A stretch of DNA of 64,000 nucleotides from NCBI RefSeq assembly GCF_006345805.1, contig NC_042998.1, positions 135,780,001 to 135,844,000 on the forward strand, read 5' to 3'. The stretch comes from Octopus sinensis. Lineage: Eukaryota. Every line of letters begins with the position of its first letter. Within the stretch, counting starts at the first letter, position 1. Both the position numbers and the translations under genes were made by a program. Shown piece by piece: positions 52,233-64,000 of the stretch. The notes under the pieces are model-generated. The model was not told the origin of the DNA. It worked only from the letters and a program-made list of their open reading frames with translations, and ran no database searches.

Positions 52233-52994
52233 TATACATATATATATATATATACACATATACACATACACATATATAATACTGGCACTCAGTTGGTAAT
52301 GATGACAAGGTTTCCAGTTGATCCGATCAATGAAACAACCTGCTTGTGAAATTAATGTGCAAGTGGCTGAGCATTCCACAGACACATGTACCCTTAACAT
52401 AGTTCTCAGGATTAGGGAAAGGACCCTTGAGAATTACTGATTTACCAAAATGGGTGGTGATGTTAGTAGAAAGTAGGATGATTGCTTGGCCAAAACTAAG
52501 TGAGTCATATGCATAAATATAATGACGCAACATAAAATGAACCTATTGGAGCTTTTTTAAAACTGTCATGAGAGAAACAATAAATCACCCTTAATTAGTA
52601 GCCAAGGAAAGAGCCTCTATTGTACAACTTTTTGACCAGCTAGAAGTAGCAAACAAATCTCACACAAGCCCCATACCTGACCATCTCTTGCATGTTATTA
52701 AAATAGTATGGATATCTCATATTTCAGAAAGTGATAAACATCGCACTGCATATTAAACAGCTAGCTTTTTCTTTTTTTTAAATGTTGGTAAGAAACCAAA
52801 TGGTAAGAAATGAAAGAACTAATGTTGTCAACTAAATCTGATAGAAATAGTAGCCAAATCTCTCATAATTACACTATTAACCTTTTCAAAGGAAGAATAC
52901 ATTTAGCCTTAGATTAGCTATGTCTGGAAAATAAAGACAGGGTCACAACAACAATCTATTTATCAATCTGAACATATGACAGTTTTAAAAGTAA

Positions 52995-53205
52995 AACTGG
53001 TCTCAAATTTCGACACAAGGTCAGCAATTTTGGGGGAGGGATTATATCATTTACATTGTCCCCAGTGCTCAACTAATAATTATTTTATCGACCCTGAAAG
53101 GATGAAAGGCAAAGTCAATCATTCTGGAATTTGAACTCAGAATGTAAAGACAGATGAAATACCACTAAGCATTTTGCCTGATGTGCTAATGATACTGCCA
53201 TCTTA
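52995..53205 (-). mobile_element. SINE family A
   Basis: Antisense family A motifs. Confidence 0.88.
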
Positions 53206-53599
53206 CCACTCTAGTTTTTAAAAAATATATTAAAGATAAATATTTCTGATATTCCTAAAATGCACAATATGACTGAACTAATTTAAAAACAGAGAATTTG
53301 ACCAGCTGCAAGGTAAACAGAGTAAGTAGTAGTGTTGCAATCTTGATCAACATGTTCCTCTGGCTCTTGTTATTCTTGTTGTATCCAATCTACCTTCCAG
53401 GTCCAGTACTAACTACTATTTCAGTCCTTCATCCTTAAGATGTTATTGCTCTGGAATCTCCTTATCATCAATGTCTTTCCTGCAGGTGTTGACTAGCAGC
53501 AACTTAAATGGAACATTAACTACATCAAGCTTATCAGCCTACAAAAGTCTGCCCTTTTGTCTAAATAAAAGAGGAAAAGAAGGATGAAAAATTAAGCTT

Positions 53600-53865
53600 A
53601 TCTCTTCAAGGTCTGTGATTCTGTCCCTGTAGGTGATCAAGAATGAGACTTGTAGGTCATGTTTTCCAATTGCCAGAACAAATACCCAAGACAGAAGGAA
53701 GAGAGAAAGACCCAAGAAAATATAGTGTGCCATCTTCAAAGAGGATCTAAAGAACTTAATATTACCTAGTAAAATGCCAGTGACTATACTAAAAATTGGG
53801 ATAATTGGAGATATCTTGCTGCCTGATATATAGGAGGGACTACAACTAGAATAAAGACTTCAGGG
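53600..53865 (+). mobile_element. RTE-clade LINE 3' fragment
   Basis: MRLVGHVFQLPEQIPK..GRRERPKK..IFKEDLK..WDNWRYLAA resembles the RTE C-terminus. Confidence 0.6.
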
Positions 53866-55284
53866 TTTGAACTCATAATGTAAAGGAACTTAACAAAATA
53901 TCACTCTGCTTTCTATAGCCACTATCTGTAGTATGCTAACAGTGTCTGCACCAATTTTTCACAACTGGCATATATATACAACTTTATAGCTGAGCAGATA
54001 ACATTATGAAAAGGAGTCTAGCTAAAAGTGAATAAGGTTACCTCTACATGGTTGCTTGACCTCTAGAAATAACAGTAAAATCTCTCTTAAATCAGATTCT
54101 ATGGTCTTAATAAGAAAAGGAACTTTAAAAAAAAAGTCAGGATGGTCACATCCATAACACCTTTGATCATAGGTGTGTTCACTCAGGATTGACCTGGAGT
54201 TTAAACAACAACTACTACTGCTATTGCTGCTGCTGCAATTGATCCAATAAATAAAAGAAATCTCACTAAAGTAAGCATTAAAAAAGAGTAAAACCAGGAA
54301 AAAAAATTACATAAAATATAAACATAAATCAAAATTCATACGTCAGATTCAAACCTTTAGTTTTCCCTGAATCTGCCAACCCTACTTAAAATCTTTTCTT
54401 TATTTCAATCTAAAGCATAACAAAATGGCCACTCTCTTTTATGTTATTATAACAATATTCTACACATAGAAATATCTTCTGATTGTTTTTAAAATGTTTA
54501 CTTTGTTTTCTTTACAAAAGATTGTAAAACTTATGTTGAGTCTAAGAGAATACATAAAGTTTCTACATGTTCCTTAAAAAAACTATTTCTAGCTTATAAA
54601 ATCTTTAGTATTTGTTGATGCTTACAAATAACAAATAACAAAATATATCTTACAAGCTTTATATTGCTGAATACGTTTTATTTTAACCAATGACCTTGCT
54701 TTGCTTTAAATAGCTTCTCAGCAGAAAATACAAAGCAGATTTTTTGGTGTTCTCTTCTTTACGAATCTCACAAATAAAACAATCAGAAGTGCAGAATATT
54801 GATGTTTGATTCTTGATCAATTTACTTATCGTGTCAGATTACATTGCCTCTGAAGTCATTTTTGGTTTTTGCTTTTTTTTTCCTTCTTGTTTCTTCACCC
54901 CACTCCAAATAGCCATATCTTCTTTAACAATATATATATTCTGTCAATGTTCTCTCTTCATAAATATTAGATAAATCAATAGCATACACAGAGTCTTTAT
55001 AACATATACAACAAATGGTAATTTATTAAATTGTTATGCTTGTGTCACAATGGTATACAATGCAATTCTTACTGCTGTCATCAGCACTGCCATCCCCAAA
55101 TCACAACCACCAATGACACTATTATCTATTCTCCCTTGCTTGTAGGGGTTGGGCAGGTCTTCATCAACACAATGTTTTGTCACTTGTTGCAGACTTTTAT
55201 CACTTCCTTCATAAGGTTCACCCAACAAATGCATGTTTGTGGGCATGTGTGTGTGTATGTGCACATACATGTATACATCATATA

Positions 55285-56064
55285 TGAGGATAATCCCAAA
55301 AGTAAGGTCTCCAAAGCACTGGGGACACAGGAAAAATTTGTGTGCAGCTATTGGCAACGCTTGTTTGTTGTGCATGCATCAGCCCCTACACACACCTCGT
55401 TGCCATGCTCAATCTTGGTTTGGCAGTCGTATCTGATGGAGTTCCCGATTGACACTACCACCAAGTGTGAAGTTCATGCAATTATTTGGTTTTTTAAGGC
55501 AAAAGGCAGAAATCCAATCGAAATTCATTGCCAATTAATGGAAATGTATGGCGAGTTGTGCATGGATGTCAAAAATGTCTGCAAGTGGTGTAGGGAGTTT
55601 GCAGCTAATCATACTGAAATTCATGATGAAGAAGGAAGCAGGCAATCATCAATTTACGATGAGACAGTCGCGAAGGTTGAGCAAATCAAGCATGAAAATC
55701 AGCGTATCACTCTGCATGATCTCTGCATTTTGGTTCCTGAAGTTACCTGAAGCACCATTCATAGGGTGAAAAGTTGCAATATTGGAAGGTGTGCACAAGA
55801 TGCGTCCCACGAATGCTCCCAGAAGACCATAAATGGCAACCCACCTTATAGTCTGGATTATTGGAACCCAGTGACTACCACCTGTTCCTTAAGATGAAAG
55901 AACATTTGGCTGGAATGCACTTCAGCAATGACGACGAGGTGAAAGATGAAGTTCAATGCTTCCTCAATGACATGGCAGTGAGCTGGTATGACAAAGACAT
56001 ACAAAAACTTCCCCAGCACCTACAAAAATGCATCAACTGAAATGGCAATTATTTAGAAAAATAA
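55285..56064 (+). mobile_element. Mariner (irritans-like) deletion derivative; transposase remnant at 55436-56064
   Basis: TA-TGAGGATAATCCCAAAAGTAAGGTCTCC end; CEVHAIIWFFKAKG..KWCREF..HDE, VCTRCVPRMLPEDHK joined directly to PPYSLD..PSDYHLF. No clear right TIR. Confidence 0.88.
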
Positions 56065-56288
56065 GGGGACCTTGAAACACCAGTGTTTCAACCTGGTTTT
56101 GTTTCTTCAGTCAAAGCTACCTCTAGATCAATGAACTAAACAAGAGTGGTGGCTCTTGTTTATGGAATTAAGTGAATTATTTGCTGATGCATGCTGCAGT
56201 CTGCCAAATAGATAATTATCCTATGCACACAGAACAGTGATAAGAGACACAATGAAGTTGAAACTCTGGTGTTTCAAAGTTTTCTTAC

Positions 56289-56319
56289 ATCTATGAATCG
56301 AGTGCAAGAAGTTGTTGTT
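56289..56319 (-). CDS. Candidate 31-nt exon (NNNFLHSIHR if phase 0 to 1)
   Basis: Acceptor ttgtatttcacctttctag|, donor GAT|GTAAGA; phase compatible with 34112-34212. Confidence 0.42.
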
Positions 56320-56419
56320 CTAGAAAGGTGAAATACAACAGTGATTAAACATTCATGTTTTATATACATACATATGTATGTATGTATATACACATACACA
56401 CATAATGTGTGTGTGTGTG

Positions 56420-56640
56420 AAGGCACATGGTCTAATGGTTAGGGTGTTGCACTCATGACAGTTAGATCATGGGTTTGATTCCCAGACCAGGAGGTTCATT
56501 GTGTTCTTGAGCAAAACACTTCATTTCACGTTGCTCCACTCCATTCAGCTGTAAATAGGTAACCCTGTAATGAAATAGGGTGGCATCATTTGAAAGCTAA
56601 AACAATGCAAAGTGCACAGTGACCAGCAATATATAACAAG
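56420..56640 (+). mobile_element. CORE-like tRNA SINE
   Basis: GGCACATGGTCTAATGGTTAGGG..GGTTTGATTCCC head; GTTCTTGAGCAAAACAC..TTGCTCCACTCCATTCAGCTGTAAATAGG. Confidence 0.75.
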
Positions 56641-56950
56641 ATCTGATTGGCTGGTCAATACCATGACAGACATACACACACATATCAGAGTTAAAAAGAG
56701 AAAGGTAATCTACTTTGAAGTCCATTCAACCAAGGTGTTTCCACTAATATAGCTAGAAGCTTATGAAACTAATTAGAAAGCATTTCTCAACAATCCATAG
56801 ATATCATAAACTCTTTAATTTCTATAACATCAAGGTTAGCTATTCATGCATAGATAATATGACTACCAGCACTGCACACTACAACAGAAGCAAACAAGCA
56901 CCCACACAATCTTCATGCCACACTCCATTCCATAACTGCTGAAACCTTAC

Positions 56951-56992
56951 CAGGTATCTAGTAAAAGGAAGCTGCCTCTCAAAGGCTGTTAT
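56951..56992 (-). CDS. Candidate 42-nt exon (phase 0 to 0), ITAFERQLPFTRYL
   Basis: Acceptor gattctttag|, donor CTG|GTAAGG; only frame 0 is open. Confidence 0.3.
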
Positions 56993-57169
56993 CTAAAGAA
57001 TCAACCTCAGACTATACACTAGAATGACAGCCTAGATTTTAAGGGAAGCTATACACAACACCTCATTAAACATTCCCATCTGACCATCCCATTACTGTGT
57101 TAAGTATTAACATGGTGAGTGGAAGTTCTGATTTTTCTTTGTATTTATGACTGTCATGACTTTTGTATG

Positions 57170-57745
57170 GCTAACCACATAGTGGTGCCAGTGTGGTTAA
57201 GAAGTTTAATTCTCAAGTACATGGTTTCATGTTCAGTCCCACTGTATGGCACTTTGAGCAAGTGCCTTCCACTATAGCTCTGGGCCAGCCAAAACTTTAT
57301 GAGTGGATTTGGTAAATAGAAGCTTAAAGAAACCTGGCATAAATGTGTGCATGCATTTGATGTGTGCATATGTGAGTGCATATCTTGGAATCGCATGATA
57401 GTTGTAAATGAATGAGTGTCATTGTCATACAAGCAGCGCCATACAAGCAGATAACAACAATGACAATGATGATGATGGCAACAACAACAATGGCATGGTG
57501 ACAATGATGATAGCAATGGGGGTTGGAATATTGGTTTCAAATTTTGACACAAGGCCAGCAGTTTCAGGGATGGAGTAAATCAATAACATTGGCCTCAGTG
57601 TTCAACTGGTACTTATTTTATTGACCTCAAAATGGGGAAAGGCAAATTGACCTTGGAAGAATTTGAACTCAGGATGTAAAGATGGATGAAATGCTGTTAA
57701 GCATTTTGTCTGGCACAGTTATGATTCTGTTAGCTCACTGCCTTA
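57170..57745. mobile_element. SINE B 5' half (+, about 57170-57360) and SINE A (-, about 57530-57745)
   Basis: Family motifs as above. Confidence 0.82.
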
Positions 57746-58050
57746 AAAAGTGGCCAGCAAGCTACTATACAGAGAATAGAACATTGTACCTCTCTTAATC
57801 TGGCTAAGTGCACTGTACCATTAAGCTACGCAACTCCTGATGAGAGTGGAATATTGATAAGAAGAACTGGTTCAATCTTTGTTACACTACCTGCATCTCG
57901 ACACACTCCAGTCTATATCTACACAACTAGTGGTCTAAATTACAGCGAGTGCTGCTGTGGTTGAATTTACATCTTTGCCACATCAATCATGAGAACACAC
58001 TCTGACCATGTAGCTTGACCATAGCTTGGTAGTCAAATGTATAGCCTCAA

Positions 58051-58274
58051 CACTTTAGCATTTAAACCAACCATATCAGGCCCAAATATTCTACCTGTTA
58101 TATGTTCAAACAAGACAGATCTACAAACAGATCTGATTTCACACACTTACCCTACAATGTCATTCTGGAAAGTAAGCAATTACATTATTAAATTCTAAAA
58201 GCTACAAAATAATGCATGATTAATTCAAAACAATGTGAATAAAGAAGCATTACATTAATCTGAATGTTAAAGAG
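58051..58274. mobile_element. piggyBac-like MITE
   Basis: Ends CACTTTAGCATT / AATGTTAAAGAG; flanks TCAA and TTCA are each one change from TTAA. Confidence 0.55.
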
Positions 58275-58590
58275 TTCAACCCCCTACAAGTCACATCTCA
58301 ATACACTTGAGACAAGTATCAGAGAGTTTCATGTCAACCTTTCACACATCAACACACTTCTGTTCACTATAAACACAGCCAGTGTTGAGAGTAGACACCG
58401 ACTTACTGACTTAGTATTATACTATAGAAACATATTTACTAGTATCATAAGACAACTGTTTAGTGACTAAGTTTTATAGTATGGAGACTAATTTATTGAT
58501 TTTTAGTGTCACTATATATTTGTCGAAATAAGTGTGGGTTACTTGCTTGATTTATCCAGTCATGCATTATATTGTACAGAAAAAAAGGGA

Positions 58591-58622
<32 letters not shown>

Positions 58623-58974
58623 GGTAAGAGAGTTAACATAAGAGGTGCAGGATGGGTACACATACAAGGCTTGGTGGCAGGCAATGAGCAAAGAAACACT
58701 ACTCACAGTAAGAAAGAAAAAATCAGAGACATAGGAGGAAGAGGCAGTAAGTGAAGAATAGTTATTGGAGGAGTTATGCAAATGAAAAGTTTATTCTATT
58801 TTAACGTAAAATTCTTCTGAAAATTAGTATTCATGTCATTGAAATATGATAAAAATAATTATTGTCTGTATGTCATATTTCCTGATATTATCAATGGTGG
58901 CAGAAGTATTCTTCCAAAATCACCCATCATATCACAGGTAACACTCTATTACTGGTTTAGTATAACTGAAATGG

Positions 58975-59595
58975 CATAGGTGTGGTTGTGTGGTTAAGAC
59001 ATTTGCCTTCCAACTACAGTTTCGAGTTCATTCACTCTTTGTGGCTTCTTAGCCAATTATCTTCTACTATAGCTCTGGGTAGACCAAAGCTTTGTAAGTA
59101 GATTCGGTAGACAAAAACTGAAAGATTCCCACTGTGTGTGTGTGTACGTGTGTTACACATGTACACACACACATACATATTTATACACACACACACATTA
59201 TTCTTTAACTTGTTTCAGTCATCTGACTGCTGCAGTGCTGCAGCACTGCCTTAAATGGGTTTTTAGTCAAACAAATGACCCTAGGACTTATTCTTTGTAA
59301 GCCTGGTATTTATTCTATTGATTTATTTTGCCAAACTGCTAAGTTACAAGGATGTAAACACTCTCAACATCAGTTGCCAAGTGATGTGGTAGGGGACAAA
59401 CACAGACATAAAGACATACACATAAATATATACATGTATGTATACAATGGGCTTCTTTCAGTTTCTGCCTACCAAATTCACTCACAAGGCTTTGGTTAGC
59501 CCAAGGCTATAGTAGAAGACACCTGCCCAAGGTGACACAATGGTACTGAACCCAGGACTGGTTAGGAAGCAAGCTTCTTACCATACAGCCACACC
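58975..59595. mobile_element. Inverted SINE B pair (+ 5' half about 58975-59135; - full about 59180-59595)
   Basis: Family B head and body on opposite strands about 50 bp apart. Confidence 0.85.
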
Positions 59596-59614
59596 TGTAT
59601 GTGTATGTATGTAC

Positions 59615-59835
59615 GCTTTCCATGCTAGCATGGGTTGGACGATTTGAACTGAGATCTGGCAAACCAGATGGAGTCTAGTGCAGCCATCTAGTTCGCCAGA
59701 CCTCAGTCAAATCATCCAACCCATGCTAGCATGGAAAGCAGACGTTAAACGGTAATGATGATGATGATGATGATGATATATATATAAAACCCATGCTAGC
59801 ATGGAAAGCGGACGCTAAATGATGATGATGATGAT
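59615..59835 (+). mobile_element. RTE 3' tail with 5' fold-back hairpin (59615-59739) and duplicated tail
   Basis: 57/56-nt arms with 4 mismatches and 1 indel, 12-nt loop; CCCATGCTAGCATGGAAAGC(GAT)n occurs twice. Confidence 0.88.
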
Positions 59836-59869
59836 ATATACACACACTTACACACACATGGTGAATAGT

Positions 59870-60110
59870 CTATCTCTCAGATGACTGTTCAGTCCCATTG
59901 CAGATCTGCATGATTTGAAGAACAGGTGAAAGATGAAAGTTGTAACCCACTGCGCACTTCCATCTGGTCAAGTCTGTACAAGTCACCACCCTTCCATCAC
60001 CATAGGATTTTCAGTTGATGGAATGACAAATGAGGCTATCATAAAGAGACATCAGTACATCATTGGATTATAGTGACAAACACTTCTACAATCCGATTAC
60101 CTCTCTCTGA
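59870..60110 (-). mobile_element. RTE (BovB-like) C-terminal fragment
   Basis: Minus strand RSAMGLNSHLR resembles the RTE-BovB terminal motif. Confidence 0.5.
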
Positions 60111-60174
60111 GGCTCTGTGGTTAGTATTTAGTGACAGCATGAAGTCACTAAGTATTAATCAAATTAGTAGCCAT

Positions 60175-61150
60175 TCATCATCATCATCATCTTTTAACGT
60201 CCATTGTCCATGCTGGCATGGGTTGGACAATTTGACCAGGGTTGGTAAGCTGGGGGCTGCACCAGACTCCAGTCTGATTTGGCATGATTTCTATGGCTGG
60301 ATGCCCTTCCTAACACCAACCACTGCAAGTGTAATGGATGCTTTTACATGCCACCAGCATGGGTGGCAGTAGTACAACACCACTATTGCCATGACTATGA
60401 TTTCAGTTGGCTTGATGGGTCTTCTTCTCAAGCATGACATATTACCAAGGGTCTTGATCATTTGTCATTGCTTCTGTGAGGCCTAAAGTTTGAAGACCAT
60501 GCTTCACCACATCAAAAGGTGATTTTTATGTGCCACCACTGCAGGTGCCAGTTACACAACACTGGCATTGGTCATATTTCCCAATATTACAGGAATGACT
60601 TTAAACTGTATCTGGTAGTGGGGCTTTGGGAGTTTGAGGGTTTTGAAGCGTATGGGACTGTCTCTTAGTTTTTTTGTCCCTGGTCTATTCTGCACTATTG
60701 TTCCCTGGTCTATTCTGCTGCTCTGGGAACCAAAACTATAATCTCACAATCATGAATGCAACACTCTAACCCCTAGGCCATGTCTTTCATACACACACAC
60801 ACACACATGTGAGTGTGTGTGTGGTGAGGAGAGTGTGAGTGTATGCATGTATATATTTCCTTGTCTGGACACTCTATGATAGTTATAAATGATGATAACA
60901 GTCATACAAGTAGTGTCATCCATTTTCAATATCCCACGAGAACAAGTCTGGCCAAAGGGAAATATTACTTGGCATGGAAACAAGTGAAGTTTGGTGACAG
61001 GAAGGGCATCTGGCTGTTGAAAGTCTGACTCAACAAACACCGTCAGACCCATGCAAGCATAGATAAGTGACATTAAAACAATGATGGCAAAGACAGTGAT
61101 GATGCTGATGATGATGGTGGTGGTGGTGGTGGTGGTGATGATGATGATGA
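60175..61150. mobile_element. RTE family C fragments (- about 60175-60570; + about 60840-61150) and a SINE head (- about 60725-60785)
   Basis: (CAT)nTTTTAACGTCC..GGATGCCCTTCCTAACACC and GGAAGGGCATCTGGC..CCCATGCAAGCAT..(GAT)n. Confidence 0.75.
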
Positions 61151-61391
61151 TAATGACCTCAGAGGGTAACTTTCTAGGTGCAATCCTATGGCCATTCACA
61201 ACCGAAGGTGGTCTTTACCCAATGACAATGATGACTTATTTACTGATTTAGTATTACGGTAGAAACATCTATTTACTGACTTTTAAATATTATGCACTTT
61301 GCTACTGTTACAATGCGTGTGTTTGGAGAAATTACGGAAAATTCTGAACTATATTTCTGATGGTTACTTTAAAAATTGCTCTATAATATAC

Positions 61392-61449
61392 CTTTCTTTT
61401 CACTTTTATTAACTCATGCAAAGGAACTGAACAACTCGTCACTCTAGAA
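61392..61449 (-). CDS. Candidate 58-nt exon (phase 2 to 0), SRVTSCSVPLHELIKVKRK
   Basis: Acceptor atacttcttatttcag|, donor AAAG|GTATAT; single open frame. Confidence 0.35.
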
Positions 61450-62744
61450 CTGAAATAAGAAGTATTAATCCCTGACCAGCTACAAAGTCACAAGAAAATT
61501 ATTTCCAGTAGCTTTTTAGCCCAGACATGATATCATAGTTCAGAATGACCAGTGTATATGAATCAGTTCAGTAGAGATGACCTAGATGAAAATAGAGCTA
61601 TGATAGATTGAAGAAATATGATATGGGATGGAGCTGGGCAGAGTAGACTATGAACAGGAAATAATCAAATATATCACTTTGTATAAATTGGTGGCAAGGT
61701 GGTGGTGGTGGGATTTGCTTCCAGAAAAAAAAACCAAAAATAAAAAACAAAAGATTATTTTAAGTTACAGGATCGATATTTCTATATAATTCAGAAATAT
61801 GGATAGTAACAATGTAATTGGAGGGAAATATGTTGTACTGTTCGTTGTAGGGAATCTGAAATATTCTCGGACATAATGGAAAGGCTAAAGAGTTTGAACT
61901 GGGTTTATGGGTTCTGTATGAAAGTTGATATGAATGAGGAGTGAATGAATGAGAAAGAAATACATGAGAAAGAAGTGGTTCACTGTAAGATCTGAGCATA
62001 TAACAAGAGATTGTCAACATTTTATGACGTGTAAAGACTGAATTACCTTAAATTATGTAGTTTATGATATGAGTGAGAGTAACATTAGTTGAATTCTTTG
62101 TTTTATGATGTGGAAACTAATAAAGAAATGATTTGTGGATGTTAATCCTTTTGGTACCAACCTGCCTGAGAGCACCTCCAATTCTTTTACACAAAATCAT
62201 CATCACCACCCCCACTATCATTATCATCATCATCATCATCATCATCATAGCTCCCACAATCATTGTCATTGTCATCATCATCTATTTAATGTCTACTTTT
62301 CCATGCTTGCAGGGGTCAAATGAGAGTATGTTGTGGCAGAGTTATCTATGCCAGAGGCCCTTCCTGTCACTAATCCCCACTTGAATTTAGACTGTCAATA
62401 CAGACAAAATGCTGCTAAGCGTTTTACCCAGTGTGTTAACGATTCTACCAGTTCACCACCTTAATAATGATGATAATAATAAATAATAATAATAATAATC
62501 TTTTTTACTATAGGCACAACGCCTGAAATTTGAGGGAGTGGGATAATCGATTACATCGACTCCAGTGCATAACTGGTACTTAATTTATTGACCCCAAAAG
62601 GATGAAAGGCAAAGTTGACATTGGCAGAATTTGAATTCAGAATGTAGCAACAGGCAAAATACTGCTAATGATTCTTTCCTACTGTAGGCACAAGGCCAGA
62701 AGGTAGGACAATTACATTCTGCTAGTTCACCACTTTAATAATAA

Positions 62745-63055
62745 TCATCATCATCATTTAACGTCCGCTTTCCATGCTAGCATGGGTTGGACGGTTCAAC
62801 TGGGGTCTGGGGAGCCCGAAAGCTGCACCAGTCCAGTCAGATCTGGCAGTGTTTCTACAGCTGGATGCTCTTCCTAACGCCAACCACTCCGAGAGTGTAG
62901 TGGGTGATTTTATGTGCCACCGACACAGGTGCCAGACGAGGCTGGCAAACGGCCACGCTCGGATGGTGTTTTTTATGTGCCACCGACACAGGTGCCAGTG
63001 ACACATAAAAAACACCATCCGAGCGTGGCCGTTTGCCAGCCTCGTCTGGCACCTG
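62745..63055 (-). mobile_element. Young RTE 3' fragment with a perfect 54-bp 5' inverted duplication
   Basis: Arms 62926-62979 and 63002-63055 are exact reverse complements (22-nt loop); CpGs intact; (AAT)n on both sides. Confidence 0.92.
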
Positions 63056-63087
<32 letters not shown>

Positions 63088-63090
63088 AAG

Positions 63091-64000
63091 TGATGGCATG
63101 CACTGCTCTCTCACTCAATAATAATAATAATAATAATAATAATATGATGCAGTACCAGGCAGTGGTTCTCATGGCTTCTGGCCTTAACTGATTGGAAGTA
63201 TTATCATGTTTTGTTTTTATCTTGGTATGGGCTACAGCAAATACCACAGATCTGCTTAGCTGTTTGACCATAACCAGTTGAGCATGCCCCTTAGTGGCTG
63301 ACGATATGTGCAACTCTTATCACAAGCAGAATAAGTTGGGGAGCACCATGTATTGAGAGGAATTCTTTGGGGTTTGAATAATTCACCTCTGGAAATATGG
63401 GTGTTTTGTTCAACATCTTAAGAACACCTTATTCAGAGACCTTTTGAGTGGGATTAGCCACTTGACTGAAGAAAATTCTAACTGGGTCCCAACTGCAAGG
63501 TCATGCACTGTTTATCTTTATATGAGATCACTATGTTGTGCACATATGATTGTGATGCATGTGTCTGGTGTACCCATATCAGATAGATAGTCATGATGGG
63601 TATACTGAGCTCGTATAATTTACCCCCCACTCAGTAATAATAATAATAATAATATAATAATAATATGATGCAGTACCAGGCAGTGGTTCTCATGGCTTCT
63701 GGCCTTAACTGATTGGAAGTATTATCATGTTTTGTTTTTATCTTGGTATGGGCTACAGCAAATACCACAGATTTGCTTAGCTGTTTGACCATAACCAGTT
63801 GAGCATGCCCCTTAGTGGCTGACGATATGTGCAACTCTTATCACAAGCAGAATAAGTTGGGGAGCACCATGTATTGAGAGGAATTCTTTGGGGTTTGAAT
63901 AATTCACCTCTGGAAATATGGGTGTTTTGTTCAACATCCTTAAGAACACCTTATTCAGAGACCTTTTGAGTGGGATTAGCCACTTGACCTGAAGAAAATT
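63091..64000 (+). repeat. Near-identical ~490-bp unit in tandem (period 521 bp) spaced by (AAT)n, preceded by a short related 3' stub
   Basis: Units start ATGATGCAGTACCAGG at 63144 and 63665; 3 differences seen in the ~335 shared bp. The stub (63091-63117) and unit 1 both end CACTCA before (AAT)n-type tracts. Confidence 0.9.

Noticed and set aside
53400-53600. Strong minus-strand acceptor (cttttatttag) and peptide ADKLDVVNVPFKLLLVNTCRK
   Set aside because: All frames from the strong acceptor stop quickly and there is no donor; adjacent to an RTE remnant.
57837-57915. CTGATGA-GAG...CTC-GACAC hammerhead-like core
   Set aside because: GAAA is altered and no stem I/III pairing could be built.

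Overview
AT-rich, microsatellite-dense animal genomic DNA with few CpGs. The SINE repertoire and repeat style suggest a coleoid cephalopod, most likely Octopus (inference, not checked). There is no intact long gene, and most ORF-track entries are artefacts of (TA)n/(CA)n/(GA)n tracts. The window is mostly decayed mobile DNA: two tRNA-headed SINE families plus CORE-like SINEs, RTE LINE 3' ends, three R4/Dong fragments, an L1/Tx1-like 3' end, a 2-kb CR1-type LINE, three Tc1/mariner elements (including DD41D), hAT/Buster, piggyBac, a solo LTR and MITEs. A few short minus-strand exon candidates with compatible phases suggest the window is intronic to a large unidentified gene. The main finding is a set of small Penelope-like elements carrying type-I hammerhead-ribozyme motifs. 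Most sit in or next to (TA)n tracts and many are fold-back palindromes: 26.3 and 44.4 kb have no spacer, with further cases at 15.7, 21.6, 32.2, 45.3-46.9 and 49.0 kb. Independent fold-back hairpins also occur at RTE 5' junctions (59.6, 62.9 kb). All structures were read by eye; no search or folding program was run.
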